The position numbers were made by a program, and so were the translations under genes. Positions 19,755-28,064 of a stretch of 62,253 nt of DNA are shown one piece after another. Each line of letters begins with the position of its first letter. The stretch's first letter is position 1. Under the pieces are notes generated by a model. It worked only from the letters and a program-made list of their open reading frames with translations. It was not told where the DNA came from and searched no databases. Origin of the DNA: Anaerolineae bacterium (GTDB taxonomy: Bacteria; Chloroflexota; Anaerolineae; UBA1429); NCBI GenBank assembly GCA_041685915.1, contig JAWLEV010000002.1, positions 1 to 62,253 of the forward strand. Reading direction: 5' to 3'.

Positions 19755-21044
19755 CTATTCGCGGAGCGGGGCCTCTTCGGCGCGCTCTTTCATCTCTTCC
19801 CACTCGGGGCTGCCGTCGTCCGGAATGATCTCCAGACGCACGCCCTGACTGAAGAGGGGCTGGTTGCCCGCGGCAAAGTCGTCCCACACGCCCCGATTCC
19901 CCAGCTCATAAGGGGTTCGGGTGCCCTTTTTGCCCACAGGATAGACGATGCTGGCGCCCGAGGGCCAGACGACGCGGTAGAGGTTGCGGGGCGGCGGGGG
20001 CGCATAGCCCTCCTCCACCTCGTAGCCCTCGATGGCTTCCTCGTCCAATTCGACGCCGATGCCCGGTGCCTCAGGTACGTGGACATAGCCCTCCTGCACA
20101 TCCAGGCGCTCTTCGAGCAGGTCATCCTCATAGATCTCGTGGCAGGTGATGGCCGGCCAGCGGGCCTGGGGCAGGGCGGCCGCAAAGTGCAGCATGAACG
20201 CCGTGGTCATACCCGTGCCCACCATCTGCAGCCAGAAGGGTTTGTTCATCTGCTCGGTCACGGCGGCCTGCTTGCGGATGCGGTTCGCCCCGCCGCCCAC
20301 CACAAAGCCGTCGCAAACCTCCTCACGCAGCGTAGTATCGATGGGTGGATTGCCATAGTGCATGGCGATGGGCAGATTCACCTTGCGACGGAGCAGCCTG
20401 TTGCCCTCCACGTCATCCTGGGGAATTGGCGACTCAAAGATAGCCATGGCGGGGATCTCTTCCAGACGCTGCAGGTAGGGGACCGCCTTGCCCGTGTTCA
20501 GGAGCAGGCCGTTGAAATCGGCATCAAAGTGAAAGTCGGTGGGGGCGATGTCGGCCAGGGTCTCGATCTGCGCCGCAAAGTCTCGCCAGGGGCGCGCCTT
20601 GAGCTTGGCGCTTCGGTAGCCCAGGCTCAGGGCCTCTCGTATCTCCTGGGCCCAATCGTCGGTGGACATGTCGTTGGACCACCAGGAGACGGGACACCAG
20701 TCGCGGATCTTGGGTCCCATCAACTTGTAGCAGGGCATTCCCAAGGCCTTCCCCGCCAGGTCCCACAGGGCCATCTGCAGGCCCGCACCCAGGTCGTCGT
20801 CCCAGAGGAATTGATAGGGTGACTCGCCTTTGACGCGCTCTATCTGCTCGTCGGGGACCCGGCTCCACGTGTAATAGACCATGGTCTCGCCATATCCCAC
20901 GAGGTCGGAATTCGTGCGTACCTCCAGGATCTCAAAGACGGTCCAGTCCCAGTTCTCCCGCGTCAGATGGCGGGCGTGGCGCTCCTTCAAAGGGACAGAG
21001 ACCCACCTTTTCTCAACTTCCTCGATGATCAGTCCGTCATTCAT
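19755..21044 (-). CDS. Enolase-superfamily enzyme (mandelate racemase/muconate lactonizing family), paralog B
   Basis: 429 aa, capping domain plus barrel domain pattern of the MR/MLE family; start overlaps the amidohydrolase stop by 4 nt. Confidence 0.7.
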   Translation of the reverse strand: MNDGLIIEEVEKRWVSVPLKERHARHLTRENWDWTVFEILEVRTNSDLVGYGETMVYYTWSRVPDEQIERVKGESPYQFLWDDDLGAGLQMALWDLAGKALGMPCYKLMGPKIRDWCPVSWWSNDMSTDDWAQEIREALSLGYRSAKLKARPWRDFAAQIETLADIAPTDFHFDADFNGLLLNTGKAVPYLQRLEEIPAMAIFESPIPQDDVEGNRLLRRKVNLPIAMHYGNPPIDTTLREEVCDGFVVGGGANRIRKQAAVTEQMNKPFWLQMVGTGMTTAFMLHFAAALPQARWPAITCHEIYEDDLLEERLDVQEGYVHVPEAPGIGVELDEEAIEGYEVEEGYAPPPPRNLYRVVWPSGASIVYPVGKKGTRTPYELGNRGVWDDFAAGNQPLFSQGVRLEIIPDDGSPEWEEMKERAEEAPLRE

Positions 21045-22186
21045 TTGGCTTTCCTTTCATGGATAATCTTTCCATTGTGTATGGTCATCTCGCACGTCAG
21101 CTGCTTTGTGCCCTCGAGAACCTCGCGTCGACTGTCATAGAAGGTAAAGGAGCCCTCATCCAGCCTCAGCAAGGCCAGATCGGCAGGAGCGCCCGGCTCC
21201 AGGGCGCCCAGTTCCGCTTCGCCAATGGCGCGGGCCGGATTGATGGTGACCCTCTTGAGGGTTTCCTCCAGGGACAGCCCCAGATTCAGGAATTTGCTCA
21301 TGGTGGTAAGGAGATCCTTGACCACCAACTTCGTGTTGGCGGCATAGACGTCGGTGCTGATGCTGTCGGGCAAAAAGCCCTGTTCCATGGCCCTACGGGC
21401 CACGTGGAAGGTGAAACTCCCTGCTCCATGGCCCAGGTCAAAGAGAACACCCCGCTCCCGCGCCTCCCACACGGCCGCTTTGATCGCGCCATCTTCGTCG
21501 AGGATGCCCTGATCGTAGGGCGTATAGGTGTGCGTCACGATATCGGCGGGACGCAACAGGGCAAGGATGTCGGAGAGTTCGGGGGGTTTTACCGAGACGT
21601 GCACGGCCACGGGGAGGCCAACGGCCTGGCCGACCTCCACCGCCGTCCGCACGCCCTCCAGGACGGGCTCGTTCACCATGGCCGAGGTGGCAAAGACCTT
21701 GATGCCCCGGATATAGTCGCGGTTCTCCTCGATCATCTCCACGGTGTCCTGAGGGTCTATGTACTCGCTGTAGTGCTCCTCATAGTAGGGGGTGTGGATG
21801 GCGATGGTACCCAGGGAAGCGATATTGATGAACTCGTACAGCCTGACGGTGCTCTTTTCCAGAACGCGATCTCTATACCAGGGAAAAGTGAACGCGCCGG
21901 TGCTTCCCATATCCACGGCGGTGGTGGCCCCCGATGAGGGGCATACCTCTTCTGCCTGGACGACTTGGCGATGGATCTCAAAGCCCAGGTGGGTGTGTAG
22001 ATCGATGAGGCCTGGAACGACCATCGCCCCCCCGGCGTCGAGGACGCGTTCTGCCTGGTCGGCGTCTATGCTCGGCGCCACGGAGGCGATCTTGTTCTGC
22101 GATATGGCGACGTCCCATCCCCTTTGAAGGCCGCGCTCGGGGATGAACACCTCACCGTCCCTTATCAGCAGGTCGTACAGGGACAT
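21041..22186 (-). CDS. Amidohydrolase-superfamily metallohydrolase (deacetylase/deacylase or dihydroorotase-like)
   Basis: GLIDLHTHLG (HxH metal motif), later His/Asp ligands, 381 aa. Confidence 0.75.
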   Translation of the reverse strand: MSLYDLLIRDGEVFIPERGLQRGWDVAISQNKIASVAPSIDADQAERVLDAGGAMVVPGLIDLHTHLGFEIHRQVVQAEEVCPSSGATTAVDMGSTGAFTFPWYRDRVLEKSTVRLYEFINIASLGTIAIHTPYYEEHYSEYIDPQDTVEMIEENRDYIRGIKVFATSAMVNEPVLEGVRTAVEVGQAVGLPVAVHVSVKPPELSDILALLRPADIVTHTYTPYDQGILDEDGAIKAAVWEARERGVLFDLGHGAGSFTFHVARRAMEQGFLPDSISTDVYAANTKLVVKDLLTTMSKFLNLGLSLEETLKRVTINPARAIGEAELGALEPGAPADLALLRLDEGSFTFYDSRREVLEGTKQLTCEMTIHNGKIIHERKAK

Positions 22187-22241
22187 AGCTCAAACTCCTT
22201 TGTTTCTTTTCATTGTCGATTGTGGAAAAAAATAAGGTTAG

Positions 22242-22342
22242 AGACCCTAAAGGTTTCCTCCAAGCCTTTTTTCTTCGTTGAAACGCACCCAAGATAGGGC
22301 GAAAGGAAGCTAACCTCTCTTTTTATCAAACCTTTAGGGTCT
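22242..22342. repeat. Perfect 15-bp inverted repeat separated by 71 nt in the RidA-amidohydrolase intergenic region
   Basis: agaccctaaaggttt (22242-22256) and aaacctttagggtct (22328-22342). On the transcribed (minus) strand the structure is followed by ctaaccttattttttt. Confidence 0.6.
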
Positions 22343-22360
22343 TGGCGTTTTACTTTCCTG

Positions 22361-22738
22361 TCAGGCGAGGGCGATGAGCTCCACCTCGATGAGCGCGCCC
22401 TCCATGGCGATCTGAGCGCCTACTGTGGTACGCGCTGGCGGATCCTCAGGGAAGTACTCCTTAAAGACCGTGTTCCACCCCTCAAAGTCCCGCGCCGCCT
22501 CGGTCAGATAGCAATTCAGCTTGAAGACCTTGTCCCACGAGGAACCGGCGGCTTCCAGAACCTCGCCCAGGTTCTCCATGGCCTGACGGGCCTGGGACTC
22601 GATGTCATCGCCCGCAAGTTCACCGTCCTTGGCTCCCGCCGATCCCGAGACATAGATGACGTCACCCACGCGCACACCCGGCGCGATGACCATATTCTCT
22701 ACGTCCGTTCCTTCCTTCAGAATCAGTTCCTTTTCCAT
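22361..22738 (-). CDS. RidA/YjgF-family protein (copy 1)
   Basis: 125 aa, YjgF/RidA-like core ending PARTTVGAQIAMEGALIEVELIA; AGGAGG-type ribosome-binding site (RBS). Confidence 0.8.
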   Translation of the reverse strand: MEKELILKEGTDVENMVIAPGVRVGDVIYVSGSAGAKDGELAGDDIESQARQAMENLGEVLEAAGSSWDKVFKLNCYLTEAARDFEGWNTVFKEYFPEDPPARTTVGAQIAMEGALIEVELIALA

Positions 22739-22779
22739 GATGCCTCCTCTATTCGTCTACTATGCTTCTCGACAACCCT

Positions 22780-23160
22780 TTAGCTTAGTGCAACCAGTTC
22801 CACTTCCAGGAGCCATTCCTCCCGCAAAAGGGAGGCGCCCACGGTCGTGCGTGCGGGCGGGTCCTCGGGGAAATACTCCTTAAAGACCGTATTCCACCCC
22901 TCAAAGTCCCTTGCCGGATGGGTGAGGTAGCAGTTCACCTTGACCACCCTGTCCCACGAAGTGCCCGCGGCTTCCAACGCCTCGCCCAGGTTGTCAAAGG
23001 CCTGACGTGCCTGGGATTCGATATCGGGGCCGGGGATATTGCCTTCCTCGTCGATGCCCGCCGATCCCGAGGTAAAGACCAGGTCTCCCACGCGTACGGC
23101 TGGCGAGAACGTCATGGTCTCTGGATCGGTGCCCTCGGTAAGAATGATCTCCTTTTCCAT
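22780..23160 (-). CDS. RidA/YjgF-family protein (copy 2, tandem paralog)
   Basis: About 65% identical by eye to copy 1 (shared DFEGWNTVFKEYFPEDPPARTTVGA). Start at MEKEIIL (23160), preceded by AGGAGG. Confidence 0.8.
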   Translation of the reverse strand: MEKEIILTEGTDPETMTFSPAVRVGDLVFTSGSAGIDEEGNIPGPDIESQARQAFDNLGEALEAAGTSWDRVVKVNCYLTHPARDFEGWNTVFKEYFPEDPPARTTVGASLLREEWLLEVELVALS

Positions 23161-23237
23161 CGTTGCCTCCTTCAAACCTAAACAAACACTCTACTTTGTC
23201 CGTTCGGTCCCTGCGCGATCAGGGCCTGCTCCGCGTG

Positions 23238-24281
23238 CTATTTTACCTTTCCGCGGCCCCTGATCTGCCAGATGACCTCCACCTCCCCCTCCCTTGCGCC
23301 AACCAGTTCATCGTGCATGTTGCTCACCTTGCCCTGGTGGAGGGGGATGACGGAGAGCTTCTCCTCTACGTGGAAACGATGATCGCACGCGCTCACGTCC
23401 ACATGACCGTGCTCCACGGACATGGCATATATTTTAGCGTTTGGTTGTTCAATGATCAAACCGTAGGGTCTTGGTGGATAGCTCTCAAAGGTCTTTTGGC
23501 CGCCGTCGATGATAACGCGCTCGTCGGTGGGCGTGGAGACCACCGTGGTGATGACGCGCAGGGCGCAACGCTCGGGGTTCAGATCCTCGTGTCCGTGGAT
23601 GCGCGTCATGCCCTCGTAGACGTAGGAGCCGCTCCGCGTCTCCGTGCATCCTATCTCCTTGGAGATGGCCTCGTTGCCCGTACCCCCGCCGCTGACGATG
23701 GGACAGGGGAGATCGGCGTCCTGAAACGTGCTAACCGTCTCCTGGATAAAGGTCTTTGCCTCGCGGCGGCTGGGGTAGGTCATGACGCCTCGGAGGACCA
23801 GCCCGGGAAGCGCGTGTACGCGCCTGCCCAGCTCCAGCGCCGCCTGTGGCGACTGCACGCCGCAGCGGTTTCCCCCCGTGTCCAGCTCGATGAGCACGGG
23901 AATGGTGCAATCGTCCTCCACGGCCTGGTCGGAGATCCCCTGGGCCGTGATCTCTGAATCCACGGCCACGGTGATGGCGGCCATGCGGGACAGGGCGGTG
24001 AGGCGCTTACACTTGGGTTTGCCCACGATGTTGTAGGGGATGAGGATGTCGTCGATCCCGGCGCGAGCCATCTCCTCGGCCTCGCCCAGTTTCTGGCAGG
24101 TGATGCCCTGGGAGCCGGCCTCCACCTGCATCCTGGCGATCTCGGGCACCTTGTGGGTCTTGGTATGTACGCGCAGGGCGATCCCCAGCTCCTCACAGTG
24201 GGCGGCCATACGCTGGATATTGCGCTCCAAGACGTCCAGATCCACCACCAGGGCGGGCGTATCGAGCTCGTAGATGTGCAT
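23238..24281 (-). CDS. D-threonine aldolase / D-serine dehydratase-like PLP enzyme (alanine-racemase N-terminal fold, DSD1 type)
   Basis: LDTPALVVDLDVLERNIQRM and RVHTKTHK (PLP lysine context) typical of metal-activated D-TA family enzymes. Confidence 0.75.
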   Translation of the reverse strand: MHIYELDTPALVVDLDVLERNIQRMAAHCEELGIALRVHTKTHKVPEIARMQVEAGSQGITCQKLGEAEEMARAGIDDILIPYNIVGKPKCKRLTALSRMAAITVAVDSEITAQGISDQAVEDDCTIPVLIELDTGGNRCGVQSPQAALELGRRVHALPGLVLRGVMTYPSRREAKTFIQETVSTFQDADLPCPIVSGGGTGNEAISKEIGCTETRSGSYVYEGMTRIHGHEDLNPERCALRVITTVVSTPTDERVIIDGGQKTFESYPPRPYGLIIEQPNAKIYAMSVEHGHVDVSACDHRFHVEEKLSVIPLHQGKVSNMHDELVGAREGEVEVIWQIRGRGKVK

Positions 24282-24300
24282 ATCACTCCTTTGCAGACTA

Positions 24301-25440
24301 CTATCTCAGGCTTTTCGCTATCCAGTCCAGACTCTTGAGGGGTACCAGTCCATAGTTGTAAAAGTACAGGGCGTCGGCCCCGGCGTCCCAGGCCGCGCGG
24401 ACCTTGGCCACCATATTCTCCTCACTGGGCGAGAGAAGCGGGCAGGCCTCTATGCCGATGCCCAGCCTTACGGATGGCTGAATCTTTCCGCGGGCGGCCC
24501 GGGTGGTGGCGGCCACCGCGTCCGCACCGACCTCGTAGGCGCACACGGTCACCTCGTCCACGTGGGGAGCCAGTTCGGGATCCGGCATTGCGCCCAGGTT
24601 CAACAGGTTCAACGGCTTTTCGACGGTCTCGTGCAGGCGTCCGACCAGGCGAGAGATGACTCTCTCGCGCATGCGGAGATAAGGGGCCAGTTGAGGCAGT
24701 TCATCCAACAGATCCTCCTCTGAAAAGGTCTCCGTTGGAGGGATGCGCCCCGCCAGGATGCTCTCGAGGTATCGCCGCGTGGCTTCCCGTGCGGCGTTAA
24801 GATCCACGCCCTCTCTTTGGGCCACCTCCTCACACGCGGGGCAGAAGCAGAGTCCCATCAGATAGCGCCCCGTGGCGCCCAGATGCATGCGGATCTTTTC
24901 GTGATGATAGCTGTGGGGAAAGCCCATGAATCCGCACGACTCGAGCTGCAGGGCGCGTACGGGATAGTCGCTCAATTCCTGCACCAGGGCCTGCAGATAG
25001 GCCCCTACGTCGGGGTGGCTGGGGCAGAGGGCGTAGCGGTAGGGATCGCCAAAGGCGTTGCGCATGACCACGTCGGGATGGCGCTCGCCCTGGTAGCTGT
25101 TGTGGTTGCAGATGGTCCAGGCGACGACCTCCAGTCCCTTCCGTTCCGCCGCCGCACAGACCGCCACCAGGGGATCGCGCTCCTCGACCAGTCGACTGAT
25201 CCGGGGCTGCAGGGCCAGCCCCTCAAAGTGGCCGCCGTGGGGGCGAAAGTAGAGGGCGCCGTCTTCAAGGAAACGGATCCTTTGCCGGGGATTGTGGGGC
25301 AGGAGCAGCATGCCCGCGTGGTAACTGGCGGCGAGGCTGACGCCGTCCAGGCCCATAGCGGCGATGCGGCCCAGGCTTTCATCTAGCCCCTCGTCCAGGA
25401 GGTCCCAGGGATAGCTCCATAGGGCGGCGAATCTGGACAT
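24301..25440 (-). CDS. Hypothetical protein, possibly a TIM-barrel hydrolase-like fold
   Basis: 379 aa starting MSRFAALWSYPWDLLDEG (ATG 25440, AGGAGG RBS). The longer ORF to 25782 overlaps the AOR gene. I recognise no motif. Confidence 0.55.
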   Translation of the reverse strand: MSRFAALWSYPWDLLDEGLDESLGRIAAMGLDGVSLAASYHAGMLLLPHNPRQRIRFLEDGALYFRPHGGHFEGLALQPRISRLVEERDPLVAVCAAAERKGLEVVAWTICNHNSYQGERHPDVVMRNAFGDPYRYALCPSHPDVGAYLQALVQELSDYPVRALQLESCGFMGFPHSYHHEKIRMHLGATGRYLMGLCFCPACEEVAQREGVDLNAAREATRRYLESILAGRIPPTETFSEEDLLDELPQLAPYLRMRERVISRLVGRLHETVEKPLNLLNLGAMPDPELAPHVDEVTVCAYEVGADAVAATTRAARGKIQPSVRLGIGIEACPLLSPSEENMVAKVRAAWDAGADALYFYNYGLVPLKSLDWIAKSLR

Positions 25441-25453
25441 TCTTTTTCCTCCT

Positions 25454-27424
25454 TTAGCGGGGGACGCTCGAGTTGTTTGGGGGTTCCGAACATTCGAATC
25501 CCTCCAAGCCCAGTTCGCGCAGCGTCTCGGGGAGGGGAACCCCGCTCTCCGGGTCCCAGCCCCGCAGGGCATAGTACTCGTCCAGCAGGGCGCGAAAGCG
25601 CTCGGGGCTGAAATTTCCCTTACCCTCCAGATAGGGGCTTTCCGCGCCTTCCGGATGATGCAGGTAGGGGACGATGGTCTCGTCGGTGGCCCGGGAGCGG
25701 CCCCAGTTGCGCATGGCCAACAGCCGCTCCAGGGTAAAGATGCGCGTGCCCACACGGTAGAACGCCTCGCGCGAAAGGTCAAGATCCGAAGTGGGCTCGA
25801 ACAGGTAATGCTCCAAGAACTTGCCCTCCACGCCGTCGATGCACACCAGCAGATCCTCCGCCTCGGGATCCGTCAGCAGAGGGAAGATATTATCGCAGAT
25901 ACCTATGCTATCCTTGAGAGCGCCGCGGTCTTGATGAAAGATGGCCGGGATGGCTTTGTCCTCATAGCCGCTCCAAGGATTCACGGCGGCGGCCGATCCG
26001 TAGATACGCTCCCCCACCCGGTCTATCTTTTGCCACAGCTCCTCATCTTCTGCCTCGGGCTGGAGCTTTCTCAGCAGGCCAAAGATGTTGGTCGTGTAGC
26101 CGTGCCCGCCGCCCATGGGGTCGCGGGTGTCCATGGCCCATTGCAGGGCCGTCACCAGCCAATAGGGAAAGTAGGGACTGGGGAAGGAACCGTGTCCATC
26201 CCAATGGGAGGCCTGCCCCCAGGCAGGATAAAAGACGTCGATGAGGTCCTCGCCCACGCCCAGCGCCTGCGCCATGCGGGGGCCGCCCTCGGCGAACAGG
26301 TCGCCCCAGCCCTCCCGGTGGGCTATATTCTCCATAAAGCGCACCCAGAAATGAGGGTCGGAGAAATCCAGACGCTCCCCGTCGATGGTTTCCAGTTCCC
26401 CTCGCTCCTGGCAGCGCAGTATCCAGGGCACTAGACCGAAGGTGAGTTCCCAGTGATTGAGGCCCAGATCGTTGCTGATCTGGGCGATTTCGAAACCGGC
26501 GTCCAGACCCAGGTCCACGCCCAGCCAGTCCCCGCCTTTAAACCGTGGGGCGCAGCAGAACATCTGTCCGCTGTAGATGCGGTCGGGATACACGGTGCCA
26601 GGCATGTCGTGGTAGAACTCTCCACAGGCGCCAGGGCATTGATAGGTGCAGGGCGCCAGACGCTGTCTCTCCGGGTGCTTTATCTCGCTCTCGTAAGTGA
26701 TGGGTGCCTCTCCAAAGCGTGCTTTCAGCGCCTCCAGCACGTTCTGCGATCTACGCAGGGCCTCTGTCGGTTCAGCCACGGCCACGCCCTGCAGTCCCTG
26801 CACGGCGACAGCCTTTAGGTTCTTGCTGCCCATCACGGCGCCAAAGCCTCCCTGCCCCGCCGCGCTCTCTGTGCCCGTGGCGATGACGGCATAGCGGCAA
26901 CGATTCTCGCCCGCCGGGCCGATGGCCAACACGCGCCACATCTCGCCCAGTTCTCGGCGCAGATATTTCTGGCTGGCCACCAGGCCCTGCCCCCAAAGTT
27001 CCTGGGCGTTTACCAGTTCAACCTCATCATCCCCTATGCGGATGTAGACGGGATGGGGCGCCTTGCCCCGCACGATCAGCCCATCGTATCCGGCGTATTT
27101 GAGGGCTGGGCCCCAATGTCCTCCCACGTTGGCCCTGGTATACCACTCGTGGGGCCACGCCTGGGGGCTGAGGCCGCTTATGGTCACCCGGCCGGAACTG
27201 GGTGCCGGTGTGCCCACGAGGGCGCCGGGCATGAAGAAAAGGGGGTTCTGGGCATCAAAGGCCTCGATCCCTGGCGGGATCATCTCCCAGGCCAGCCGCG
27301 CCGCCAGGCCCCTGCCGCCCAGATAAGAGGAGACGTAAGGATGCGAGGAAAGTGTGCTCACCTCACCCTTTGTGAGATCGATGTGCAGGATGTGTCCCGT
27401 CCACGGGGCCATCTCCTTCCTCAT
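25454..27424 (-). CDS. Aldehyde:ferredoxin oxidoreductase (tungsten/molybdopterin AOR family)
   Basis: AOR N-domain (GGRGLAARL...GPAGENRCRYAVI...GGFGAVMGSKNLKAV) and cluster-binding CTYQCPGAC. The ATG at 27424 overlaps the ferredoxin stop (ATGA). Confidence 0.85.
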   Translation of the reverse strand: MRKEMAPWTGHILHIDLTKGEVSTLSSHPYVSSYLGGRGLAARLAWEMIPPGIEAFDAQNPLFFMPGALVGTPAPSSGRVTISGLSPQAWPHEWYTRANVGGHWGPALKYAGYDGLIVRGKAPHPVYIRIGDDEVELVNAQELWGQGLVASQKYLRRELGEMWRVLAIGPAGENRCRYAVIATGTESAAGQGGFGAVMGSKNLKAVAVQGLQGVAVAEPTEALRRSQNVLEALKARFGEAPITYESEIKHPERQRLAPCTYQCPGACGEFYHDMPGTVYPDRIYSGQMFCCAPRFKGGDWLGVDLGLDAGFEIAQISNDLGLNHWELTFGLVPWILRCQERGELETIDGERLDFSDPHFWVRFMENIAHREGWGDLFAEGGPRMAQALGVGEDLIDVFYPAWGQASHWDGHGSFPSPYFPYWLVTALQWAMDTRDPMGGGHGYTTNIFGLLRKLQPEAEDEELWQKIDRVGERIYGSAAAVNPWSGYEDKAIPAIFHQDRGALKDSIGICDNIFPLLTDPEAEDLLVCIDGVEGKFLEHYLFEPTSDLDLSREAFYRVGTRIFTLERLLAMRNWGRSRATDETIVPYLHHPEGAESPYLEGKGNFSPERFRALLDEYYALRGWDPESGVPLPETLRELGLEGFECSEPPNNSSVPR

Positions 27425-27879
27425 CCCTCCTTCTCCTTTTCTTCCACCTTTTCCCACGTCAGAGCGCCCCGGGGGCAGCGCTGTACGCAGACCGGTTGGC
27501 CCCGGCAGGTGTCGCATTTGTAGGCCACTTCCCGCTCCTCGTTCAGATACATGGCATCAAAGGGACAGGCCTCCACGCAAATCCCACATCCGGTGCAGAT
27601 ATCCTCATCTACGGCCCAGTATCCGCCCTCCTCGATCCAGTGGATGGCTTCTTGGGGGCAGGCGCGGGCGCACGGCGCCCGGCGACATTGCCGGCAGTAG
27701 AGGATGCGGTGCTTTCCTTCAAAGGGATCGAGGACGATCCGAATGCGAGACAGGCTGGGAATGACGCGTTCCTCATGGACCAGAGAGCAGGCGACCATGC
27801 AGGCCTGGCACCCGTGGCACAGATCGGGGTCGACCGCGAGGCGGCCAGGCGCTTGTGTGTTCTCAGAGTCTGTGGGCAA
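27421..27879 (-). CDS. 4Fe-4S dicluster ferredoxin-like electron-transfer subunit (AorA-like)
   Basis: Four Cys clusters: CHGCQACMVAC, CRQCRRAPCARACP, CTGCGICVEACP, CDTCRGQPVCVQRCP; TTG start with AGGAG RBS. Confidence 0.8.
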   Translation of the reverse strand: MPTDSENTQAPGRLAVDPDLCHGCQACMVACSLVHEERVIPSLSRIRIVLDPFEGKHRILYCRQCRRAPCARACPQEAIHWIEEGGYWAVDEDICTGCGICVEACPFDAMYLNEEREVAYKCDTCRGQPVCVQRCPRGALTWEKVEEKEKEG

Positions 27880-27941
27880 TCTTTTCTCCTTCTGTGTTCA
27901 TTCTAGGATGACGTTCCTGAAAAAGATTGCTAATCTTTAAG

Positions 27942-28036
27942 GTGCCTGGCACTTGCCAGCAAATATCCACTGTTCAAACCTAGGATCTGCAGAGTGGTTC
28001 TTATCCTGCTTTACTCTATATCAAAGTGCTAGGCAC
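27942..28036. promoter_or_regulatory. Two related 11-bp palindromes upstream of the ferredoxin-AOR genes (candidate operator pair)
   Basis: GTGCCTGGCAC (27942-27952) and GTGCTAGGCAC (28026-28036), centres 84 bp apart, in the 185-bp gap upstream of the ferredoxin start. Confidence 0.4.
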
Positions 28037-28064
28037 CTCACGTTCGCTCAAAGCGTCTTCTCTT

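Noticed and set aside
25441-25782. N-terminal extensions of several ORF-track entries: 24301..25782, 25454..27517, 30807..31949, 59919..61043, 7742..9097, 6716..7090, 46204..46650 and 46586..47059.
   Set aside because: The extensions overlap the preceding gene or a noncoding repeat. They have biased composition, and an internal ATG with a Shine-Dalgarno sequence gives a protein starting where homolog families start.
27942-27957. Sigma-54 (-24/-12) promoter upstream of the ferredoxin-AOR genes.
   Set aside because: Only the GG and GC dinucleotides at correct spacing match (TGGCAAGTGCCAGGCA versus TGGCAC-N5-TTGCA). No enhancer-binding protein is nearby, and I cannot confirm that rpoN exists in this lineage. 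It is kept only as an alternative reading in the palindrome finding.
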